A program made the position numbers and the translations under genes. From Owenia fusiformis (taxonomy: Eukaryota): 64,000 nucleotides of DNA. Location of the stretch: NCBI GenBank assembly GCA_903813345.2, contig CAIIXF020000001.1, forward strand, positions 43,586,001 through 43,650,000, given 5' to 3'. How positions within the stretch are numbered: position 1 is the stretch's first letter; every line of letters starts with the position of its first letter. Under the pieces are notes generated by a model, which saw only the letters and a program-made list of their open reading frames with translations, searched no databases and had not been told where the DNA came from. This document shows, piece by piece, positions 12,401-22,442 of the stretch.

Positions 12401-14926
12401 AAAATTGAAAAGAAATTGAAAAAAAATTGGAAAATGTGAAAAATGATTGAAAAAATATGACAAAAATAACAAATAAAAAAATTTGAAAACTACTGGGTAT
12501 AGGATAAAGCAATTATGTACGGTCGATTTAAGAGATATGCATATCTACCTGAGGGATAGTAGGGACCAGAGGTAGATGTGCATATTTCATACTTGAGTGG
12601 GTTTGGGGTAGATATCACCCGGGAATATATATCATATCTGAGGAGCGGGCAGGATATATTGTATATGTCCCGCTCTAGGCCAAATGCGGGCAGATATAAT
12701 ATATCCATCCCGCTCCCGGGAATTTTTTCAAAAGTTTAAAAATTTTAAAAATTTAAATTTCAGAAGTTTAAAATTTTTCAAAAAGTTTAAATATTAGAAT
12801 TCTATTGTATTGAACTGAAGGAATATTATGAAAATGTTAAATATAAATTGTGCTTTTACAGTATAGGCCTATCTTGTCATTTGAAAAAGGTGGTAAAGGT
12901 TATATCTACCCCAAACCCACTCAAGTATGAGATACACCAGTTATGTACGGTCGGTTTTGGATACAGTGTGTATCCCGCGGGAAATATGTGTATCTCCCTC
13001 GGTCCCTGCGGTCCCTCGTGAGATATTTCCCTTGGAATAAACCCTGTATCCAAAACCTCCCAGTACATAACCCTTATATATCTCATGAGGGATAAACCCA
13101 ATATCCACAACCTCTCAGTACACAACCCTTATAAATATGTAATACCTAACCTGGAAGAAAAACGGTGCAGTATGAGACTCGTAATCCTTGATTTTCAAGC
13201 ATCTGGTAGGTCAAAAATTCAAATTAACGGTCGAAGTTTGTACCGCGTGTCTATGGTCCTGTTTGATACATGTCTGATTTGAATCTCAATTTTATCTGAT
13301 TCTGTACATCTTATATCAAGTAATGCATGTATTTTGTAGCAAGTCTGCAGATGTGAAAGTGAGAACTGTCGGGGTATAATGGCTAGAAAATCACAGAATG
13401 TCAATGTACCGCACAACACAGCTCAACCAATCAGCAATAAACATTTACGGAGTAAATTAAAGAAAAAACAATGTATAAGGTAAGAATTACATGATATAAC
13501 GTGTGTGTTTTGTTTGTTGACAAGGTTTAATAAAACACATTCTACACAGCCAATCCACATCTTCATGGGAACCAATGCCTTGAAGATCCACCTGGAATCC
13601 ACATGGATTCCATGCAAAATCCACTTAGATTTTAGGCACGTTGATTGACTTGGAATTGGGAAAGTTTTCCAATGTATATTCACGTGGAATCCTTGTAAAA
13701 TATCCCCGTTGAAACATGGACTAGTTATCAAGAACCGTGCAGCATTGATTGACCATCATCCATAATGAGGCATGTCTGTTGATACCATGTAACTTCAGCA
13801 AAACTTAAGACTTGCTAAGTGACCTTTATGGCACCCACAAAAACTTTAGACCTTCCTCTAAAACAAGTTGAGAATATAAGTCCATTAATGCAAGTAATAA
13901 CTGAGATATAGCTTTTTGCAAGGGTTCACTTTTTTGGACCACCCTGGGGTCCGTTTTTGAAACCATCGTAACTTACGATTTGGTCGCAAGTCATTGTTCA
14001 TCAAAACAGAGACAAATGGTTTTCTCGGAATCGTAAGTTACGATCGTACGAAAAACGAACCCCTGTATACTGGGAGGTTAATCATGTTAATGAATAACTA
14101 ATGTATAATCATGATTGCTTCCAGGAGAAAAAGAAAGAAAATATCAACAATTCAACAGTTGTTTCCTGTCAGCAAAATCAAAAGGGTAAGCAAATCTAAA
14201 TTGACTCTACATGTACTATTATACATGCTATAGATTTTGAGTGAACTGTACATTCAACATTGATAATAGTTGATCAATTAAAATTCTCTAATGTTTTAAG
14301 ATATTAAAATCTGGTTCTTGAGCTGGTGACAGGTCATCTCAACCCCAACTAAACTCATTCCAGTAAAACTCAACCCAAAGTCAACTCAACCCCAGTAAAA
14401 CACAACCCCATTCATTTCTGTAATGTCTTGCAAAATGAGAAACACAAATATTTCATTCTATTTTTTAGGGTATAGGCCCTACATGTCACTTTCAAAGGTA
14501 ACATTCCCTGTGCCCTTTGGACATTGGGAAATATTACTCTTGAAGCATACATCTGTACATAGGCAGTCTCATCAGTTGATCAAAATGTTTGTACAATATC
14601 AAATCCTTTAATCACACTGTACAATATTAATCATATGAGATAACATTGCTTTCAGACAAGTGGTAGTGGTAAAGGATAAGACCCTTGGTCCTCTCAGTGG
14701 AGCTACTGAACTGCAGGTATTGATTAACATGGCAATTTGTTCATTTTAACATCACAGATTACATTGGTAAGAAAGAAGTTGTGATGAGTATCAAAAATGA
14801 TCTCACCTAAAACCTGAGATTTAAGGTATTATGCTAAGTCTAAGAAACACTTCCATTCTATATTGGATCCATGTGATTCTCATTTTTTAATCCAAATGTG
14901 CTTTTCTATCATTTCAGTGGCTATAA
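9450..14926 (+). CDS. ASH1L: ASH1L/Ash1-family H3K36 methyltransferase-like protein (AWS-SET-postSET), short form, about 605 aa
   Basis: Well supported exons: 9413-10392 (first in-frame ATG 9450), 10680-10946, 11185-11383, 11919-12027, 13340-13479. Tentative tail exons: 14125-14185, 14469-14497, 14656-14716, 14918-14926, with AATAAA at 14948. Spliced protein includes YKEITENVYVDVKP...CNC...[33 protein letters not shown]...GYGVRT...[10 protein letters not shown]...[86 protein letters not shown], which matches the recalled ASH1L catalytic region. Start codon and 3' end are less certain, and it may be a paralog rather than the ortholog. Confidence 0.85.
10476..10617 (+). mobile_element. Helentron/HINE-like short repeat copy in an ASH1L-like intron
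   Basis: gacatattgttatcatgtagtctccaacttttttgtgga...aaatagcaggtggtgacattttgcgcattaatgccttgt, the same family as 5243, 6434, 34039 and 39035. Confidence 0.6.
12490..13135. mobile_element. Dispersed hairpin-rich repeat in an ASH1L-like intron
   Basis: Internal palindromes (atatctacctgagggatagtagggaccagaggtagatgtgcat; gagcgggcaggatata...tatatccatcccgctc; ccctcggtccctgcggtccctcg). Near-identical segments occur at 57960-58125. Confidence 0.6.
13947..14062. mobile_element. PIF/Harbinger-like MITE
   Basis: TIRs gggtccgttttt...atcgtaacttacgatt / aatcgtaagttacgat...aaaaacgaaccc, flanked by a 3-bp CTG TSD (13944-13946, 14063-14065). Confidence 0.7.
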
Positions 14927-17019
14927 CATTCTCAGGTGTTAGATTCCAATAAAGACCGGTGAAGGTGTAGTGAGAGAAATATCATATGTGACCTTCTATA
15001 TAGATGCTGCACAATATAGAGATGTCAGATCATGAATATATTGGTGTCACATGATAATATATTGATGCCATACAGCCATATGATAATTTATGATGTCATG
15101 TTATAAGAGTGGCGAATAATGACATGTGTTTACAGGAGTGCTATAAGTAAAGCTAAACCTAAATGGTTTTCTTTGACCTGGAAAGGTCATGAAATTTCAA
15201 GTTTTTGTAGTCAACCTTTTCAATCAATCAACAATAAATTTTACTCTGGCATTGTTTCAATTCATGGAGAAGTTTTGATTTCTTCCATTGTTCTAAAAAT
15301 GTATTTGACAATGGATTTCCGTATTATGTTTCCAATAGGTCACATTGACCTGTATCTTTTAGATATTTTTAAATTAGTTAAATTATTTTGTGTACAATGA
15401 GCAATTAATATATATGAGTTTATATACAATAAGGTATGTACAATAAGTCATTAAATATGTGTGCAATAACCTGTTCATGATGTCTACAATAAGTTTTAAT
15501 AATGATATATATAATAAGCTGTTATAGATGTATACAATAAACTGTTAATGTGTTTTCAATTTTACAATGCCCTTGCCCTGGGCCTTTTGTATGTCAGATT
15601 TTATTTGACCTTTTGAGAATGTTTTGTTTTTGGAGTTTATTGCATTTCGGAAGTGCAAATATGTCTTTTCATCATGAGATTTGTAAAATTGCTGCATGTG
15701 AATAGAAAATGCAATATTTTTTGAGGTTGTGAAACTATTATGGGTCTCAAAATAATATACAACCTTAAATTTTAGGACTATACATGTACATATAGCATTT
15801 TTGCTATCAAATTGTGTAAAGTATACTATATCTAGTACTCCAGTGGTCTGGTGGTTTTTATCACCAGTATTTTGTTTGATTGGTACAAACCATAGGGTAG
15901 GCTAAGATAACATTTTTAGAATATATATGTAATTTTATAATACATGTAATATCTATGTAATTTTCAAGTTCTAGAGTATTAGGTACATTTAAGATTTTTG
16001 GCATCAACATGGTAACCTGGTGTCTCTTTGTAAATTTTAATATTTTCCAGTTACTTTAGTTCCTATAATATATCTATACTTATACATATATCCTTCACAT
16101 AAGTAGAAATAAATATAGACATACGCAATAATAACCTGTTAATGATGTGTACAATAAACTGTTAATGATGTGTACAATAAGTTTTTTATGATGTGTACAA
16201 TAACCTGCATGATGTTGAGATGAACATGATTAAGAATAAGTGCTTGGTCAGGCATTTGCACCCATGAATCAGGGAATTTTAATTTGAAATGTTGTTTGCA
16301 ATGTATGTGTGTCTTGTATTTTTAAAAATTAACAAAATCTTCTATTAAAATGATACAAGAAACTTGACTTCTGCAATTATCTAGTCAACTCTTTCAGAAA
16401 AACAAAATATCCAATATATATAGATGTAATTTTTATTGTGTTATCTGTTATTAAACCTGCAATAACTAAATAGATTGTGATTCAAACATGGTGTAATGTT
16501 ATCTCATGTAATGTATGTACATGTATGTCCAGATATTAAGTTATAAGGGAGTTTAAGCTTGCAATGTTTTCCACAACCTAAACGTGAATGGAAAATATTT
16601 AAGGAATGCATTGTATTGTATATGCATTGTATAGGCGATTGGTCAAACGTATAGGTTGGCGTTTCGATTTTATATGCAAGCTTAAACTCCCTATTATTGT
16701 CCCAATGAACAAAGTTTGGTAGGGATATAGAGGAGCCCTCTGTCAGTCTGTCCATGTGTCCATCCATCTGTCTGGAGCATCAAAACAAATACCAGTTGAC
16801 ATGATTTTCTTCATGTTTGGAGGAAAGATAGTACATTTGTTTAATGAATGATAAGTTCTTTTTTTTCAAATGGCCACCGCTTCAAAAATGACAGCAATTT
16901 TTTGCAACAAATGTAAAGTTTTTCATTTTCAACTAGTGTAATAAATTTTACTGTTTCAAATTTTGGAAGTATATTCAGATCTCTGAGGTATGACACTATT
17001 TTACTAAGTGAAAGGTATT

Positions 17020-17400
17020 AAGATAAGTGTGTACATTTGGAATTTTTATGCAGTCCTTATTAGAGTCACATGTTATTTTCAAATATGTACTCATCATTCC
17101 CCACATCTTTCAACTTTTCACAAAGAGTGCACTAATGTACCTAGAAAGGAGTGTGGAGAATATTTTTTTCATACAAAAAATTAGAAGAGGCAGTGACCTT
17201 CTTTTTTATACTTTTACTTTTTACTCTTATACATTTTATAAAACAAATATTCTCCACACTCTTTTCTAGGTACATTAGTGCACTCTTTATGCAAAACTGA
17301 AAGATGTAGTCAATGTGGGGAAGAAGTAGTTCATATTTGAAAAGTAACATCTGATCCTGTGAGGATTGCATCAGAATGTGCGAAAGTACGTGCTTACCTT
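17020..17400. mobile_element. Palindromic MITE, about 380 bp
   Basis: Arms aagagtgcactaatgtacctagaaaggagtgtggagaatattt and aaatattctccacactcttttctaggtacattagtgcactct. Confidence 0.7.
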
Positions 17401-18639
17401 GTATTGTTTTTAAGATTCAAACCTCGGAAAATCTTGCCATCTGATGTTAGAATTTGCAATAATTTGAGATCTCTTCAAAGTATGGCTATACTATTCTCAA
17501 ATCTAGTAGATCACAATTATTGTGTCATTTAACTTATTTGTACTTAAAATCTAAAAGTGTCATCTCGTACAAGAATTCTCAATAATTAGGAGATCTTTTA
17601 TGTATGGCTTAGACTAAAATATATTGTGACATATTTCAGATACATGAACATGATTCGTGAATTTGTATGTTGGGATTTGCTATCCTGTGAAGTTTCTGAT
17701 TTCTAGTTATGTTAAGTTACGTTTTATTTCAAGTTAATGTAATATCGTTGTTTAAAAATAAAATGATTATAAATCTTATAACAAATTGAAAATATTATCG
17801 AGTTCTTTTGTTGACATTACACTGAAAATGTCTTCCTGCTTCTTATTGTAATTTTAAACAATAATTAAATTCTATGTTTAGTCTTAGTGAAGAGAGAATA
17901 ATGCTCTTTATCTTTTCTCTCTCCATGAACAAGAAAGCATCTGTTCTGTTGAATTATATGAAATGTTCACACAGATGTGACTTATTCAAAACATTGCAAC
18001 ACAATCAAGGTGGAGGGGTGCTATGGCAATAGAAAAAATAGTATACCATTTGATAAGACTGGGAAAGTATATAGTCTTAAAGGCTAACCTTGGTCTTCTT
18101 AAGGTATGTTGAGAATATTTATTTGAGTATTTCATATCAGATCATACCTTTTGCATTTGTTTGACTTTGCTTCATCTTCACTCTTTCAGTTTACAATAAA
18201 TCTCTGAACTAACCGAGCCTATCAGAATTTGTTGTTGGATTACAATGACTTTCTACATTTGGTCATTTCCTCTGACATCATCAGATAGTTGATGAGCATG
18301 CATTTACCAGAATATGTTCCTTCAGCTTGATTGGTTGAGAAAGGGTCAGGGCAGTAGGTTTGAAATGATCTATTACCCGGGCTGTCACTGGTCTTGGGGA
18401 TGGGGCTGCTAACTGTAATATAGTCTATACTAGGCAGAGAGTTGTTTATAACTGTATCATGGTAATCAGATAAGATATCTTGATTCTTTTTAATAGAATG
18501 GACAATAACCTTCTCTATTATATGTTGCCCCCTTTAAGTCTGAGATGAGTAGTGTGGATAAAATACCTTTAGGCCCTATATCGATGCTTTAACAAAATGT
18601 TCACTAACTGTGAATTCACAATTTATCAAGACAAGATAC

Positions 18640-19410
18640 CGCATTTTGGTTTACTATACAGCTATACCCCTCCTTTTCTGGTCTTTTTGTCGCTTGCAAG
18701 GAATCTTGAAGACAAGCGGCCGCTATTATTGCGATCAATCCAACAAGCACCACCTCGAGTGACCTTTTGACTATAGGAGTTTTAATAGGGTCACTAGACT
18801 GGGTTCGTGACAAATCTCAGATTTGTAAATAAAGCCCAAGAGGCCCATAATGCACCAAGCCGACGCAAAGACATCCTCCGATCACAGGGCTTCAAAATCC
18901 AGAATATATTCTTTCTTATTTACCCCCTGCGATGATAAGCAGTTAGCATTTCCCCGATTAAGAACTTGCAATCTGATTGGCTGTCGCAACACTACGACAG
19001 AAATCATGTATAAGTCATTGCGGATATTTAGAACACGTGATTCAGTTTAATATGGCGCTTCCAAATTGGTTATAGCAGGGGGGAAGAAGGGGGTACGGAT
19101 TCTGGACACCTGCTAGGAGGATGACGTAAAGACTACTGAAACTTTCAAACTTTTAAATTTCCCGCAATTTCAACTTCTTACTATCAAATTTATTAATCGG
19201 ACTAAATACATAACTAAAAATTGCATCTTGTGTCAAAATATGGAAATCGTATTTTAGAAAAAGTTATTATTGTATTTAACCAGCGTATCTATCTCTCTGT
19301 GATTTTAAAGATAGGGCTCTTTGCCGGCTTTATTCACCTCTGGCCTTGCACAAGTGTCGCCGCCATATTGAATCCAGGGACGAACTAAAGCCAAGTTTTA
19401 AGTATTTTCC
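18640..19410. promoter_or_regulatory. Candidate promoter / first-exon region upstream of the CaRF-BTB gene
   Basis: CpG-richer island in an AT-rich background. Contains an inverted CCAAT box (gattggct, about 18975), YY1-like aatatggcg (about 19049) and cgccgccatatt (about 19358), and tgacgt (about 19122). Confidence 0.4.
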
Positions 19411-19728
19411 CCTACTACTGACTTGGTATAGCGTTCTTGCAAATAAATCACGTAAGAAATAATTCTGTATATTAATCTGTTTATTTTGCTATGTAACATC
19501 AATGATATTGTCAATTTATGTCTAAGTTATCAAGGTTTTCATGAAGAACATGTTTTCAAAAATGAAAAAAAATTTCAAAAACATGAAAAAATAAGAAAAC
19601 AGTGCTGATACAAATTATTTGATGAGTCGTATACATATTTTCTTCAATTTTAACATTTAATGTCCCAAACTCCCACAAACTGGAGAAAAGGATACGACCG
19701 TTAATCATATTTGCCAAAATTTACCTTA

Positions 19729-20790
19729 CTACTTTTTGCAAGGCCTGACTTCGTCGCTAACATGCTAAATATAAGAGTTACAGTTGGGGACAAAAATAAA
19801 TGACAGGTCGATTTTCGATCACCATTTCCTAATTATGGTGGTCTGAAAGCCCATAATTTCCAATATTGTCTAGATACATATCCCTTAAAATTTGTATATT
19901 TTACATTTTGTATAATCTCATCCACTGATTTATGGCCTCTTGTAAATTCTCTTATTTTTAACATGGGAAATCCTCACTTCAGCAAATCCACCTGTCATTT
20001 ATTTATGTCCCCAACTGTAGCTGACGTTTGGGAGTGACTTACCTTCTAAAGGTTAGATCCCGAATCTTAATGAAACCATATCACCTTTATTGCGTCGATG
20101 ATGATGCATAAACATAGCATTTGATAGAAATTAGTGTAAATGCTTTTCCGACTTTTTCATTTTTCATCAATGTTGACTTTCGGGAAGGCGTTGTAGTTAT
20201 CACGAAATAACGCATTGACCCTTGAACTTTACTTTGTTGACGTGTCAACCAAGCATGTCTGATGTGAAAATTAAAAGAATATTAAGCAATGTTCTACATC
20301 CGCCAAGCTAAGTGAAGTAGCCAATATAAAATTACCAATTTCGAGTGAAGTACGCAACGAATGAAACTGCGTGATCTACAGTCCCACTATTTGTCTGAAC
20401 GAAATGCTACGTAGAAATATGAGCCGTCTGCTGTATTAGTCGATTAATAGAGTAAGACCTGTTGGTGATGCTTTATAATTTAGACCAAAACATTAAAGAA
20501 CATACGAACCTGTAAATCGTGAAAACAACGAACAAATATTCGGTTTTCATATATGTTCGGTAATTTTTCGTATTGAAACTTCCGGAACTTACAAGGAAAT
20601 CATTCATTTTCTCGGTCCATGATTTACCTCTTGGATGTTGTGGCAAATGCTCCATGGTTGACGGAACAAAGGTGATATGGTTTCATTAAGATTCGGGTTC
20701 TAACCTTTAGAAGGTAAGTCAGACTCCCAAACGTCAGCTAACTCTTATATTTAGCATGTTAGCGACGAAGTCAGGCCTTGCAAAAAGTAG
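19729..20790. mobile_element. Non-autonomous DNA transposon with about 120-bp TIRs and TA TSD (Tc1/mariner-like)
   Basis: TIRs ctactttttgcaaggcctgacttcgtcgctaacatgc / gcatgttagcgacgaagtcaggccttgcaaaaagtag with TA on both sides. The empty site tacctTAgtctaagg is visible at 21041-21055. Confidence 0.85.
19781..20017. mobile_element. Tc1/mariner-like MITE nested in the left TIR of 19729-20790
   Basis: TA-cagttggggacaaaaataaatgacagg ... cctgtcatttatttatgtccccaactg-TA. The uninterrupted site is preserved in the right TIR. Confidence 0.85.
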
Positions 20791-21055
20791 TAGTCTAAGG
20801 CACAGGGGCTTGTCTCGAGGGTCGGGCAAGCCCTCCGATGAGTGTGTACTGCTTTTTAAGAGGGTAAGGGAGGTCGATTTTGATGCTTCCTGAAATTTGT
20901 AGAAAATGATTGTTAGATATATCCAGTAAAAATATATGGAATCCTTTCGTATACATATTTTCTTCAATTTAACATTTAATGTCCCAAACTCCCACAAACT
21001 GGAGAAAAGGATACGACCGTTAATCATATTTGCCAAAATTTACCTTAGTCTAAGG

Positions 21056-22080
21056 CACAGGGGCTTGTCTCGAGGGTCGGGCAAGCCCTCCGATGAGTGT
21101 GTACTGCTTTTTAAGAGGGCAAGGGAGGTCGATTTTGATGTTTCCTGAAATTTGTAGAAAATGATTGTTAGATACTGTAGATTGGGTTAATTTGGCGCCC
21201 GCTTTAATTTGGCGAATTTGGCGAAATTGAAAAATTCGCCAATATAAATCTTCGCCAAAATTTAGAATGAATCCCCGGGAATTATCTAGGGTATTTCGTC
21301 CAGTGTATTTAGGTCACTTCCGGTTAAATTTTTTACAAAAATATGAAAAAATATCTCTCATAAATTGGCTTAGAACTGGTCAGTCACTCATTAGTACTCA
21401 GGGAAAAGGTGAGGTAGTAGCAGCATCGATCGAGGTGCAAAATGTAAAGGATGATCTCACAAAAATGTACAAACATGGTGAATATCGCCAGTGGTCCTCA
21501 ACTTTTGAGGACTTTTAAAGAATGAACATAGCCAAACATGCCCATTTACATGGTAGTTCGCTAATAGCGCAAGTATAACGTTGTATTAACATTTTTTTTC
21601 ATATCCGCCAAATTAAATAGCCGCCAATATGCCAAAAATGGCAAAATCGCCAAATTAAGTAGCGCCAAATTAACCCAATCTACAGTATATCCAGTAAAAA
21701 TATATGGAATCCTTTCAACAATCGACATGCTGATTCAAACAACACTACAGAGTAAAGTTACCCAAAATGGTAGCAATTGAATCCATCCACTTGTTGCTGA
21801 GAAATCTGAAGAATATGTAAAGAAGTGATAAAAATGAAGAAACCAACAATTTTTACCTCAAAATTATAAGCTTCAGAGTCGATTTCTTCCTCAAGACAAG
21901 TCCACTGTTAAAAATCGGTAGTTCCTAGAGTCCTTTGTTTCCTTAGGTTCATTCCCGTATATTATTTTTAACGAAGGACAGTCTATTACAACTGCTATAG
22001 GCAAAAAGATGCATGAAATTATCGTTTCGAAACTAAACGTTGAAAAATGGCTTGCCCGACCCTCGAGACAAGCCCCTGTG
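21056..22080. mobile_element. hAT-like non-autonomous element (left end duplicated at 20801)
   Basis: Perfect 32-bp TIR cacaggggcttgtctcgagggtcgggcaagcc / ggcttgcccgaccctcgagacaagcccctgtg. Imperfect 8-bp TSD gtctaagg / gtctaata. Confidence 0.8.
21175..21685. mobile_element. TA-TSD MITE nested in 21056-22080
   Basis: TA-ctgtagattgggttaatttggcgc ... gcgccaaattaacccaatctacag-TA. The empty site tgttagatatatccag is at about 20911. Confidence 0.85.
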
Positions 22081-22442
22081 GTCTAATATAAGGACTTATG
22101 TCCATGGCACTTTTTTAAATTGGTAGAGACTTACTTTGGCGGTTTTTATCAATCAGCCAAATTGAAACAGCTGTCAAATAAAGCCATTCACAATTAGTAA
22201 TATTTTTGACAGGGGTATGAATTGATGAGATTGCACACTGATGATTCAATAATGACATTGTGTTTTGAGACAATGCACGTCGGTATTATGCTTTTGGGTA
22301 CAATGCGCATTGGTATAATGATGTAATCCCGCACCACTAGTATAAAGCTCTAGAATTTACGCCATGTTGTCATAATAGGACAGAAGATAGAATATGTTAT
22401 GAACTCTGCTTATTTTTCAGAAATCCTATTGAATTAGGGAAT

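Noticed and set aside
15400..16210. About 23-bp degenerate repeats (aataacctgttaatgatgtgtac)
   Set aside because: Short decayed minisatellite patches with no evidence of function.
18616..18813. 65-aa ORF with a hydrophobic stretch (possible microprotein), and a possible 7SK/RNase MRP/telomerase RNA
   Set aside because: The ORF has a non-ATG start and no recognisable homology. Diagnostic ncRNA motifs (GAAAGTCCCC, CTAACCCTAA template, 7SK terminal pairing) were not found.
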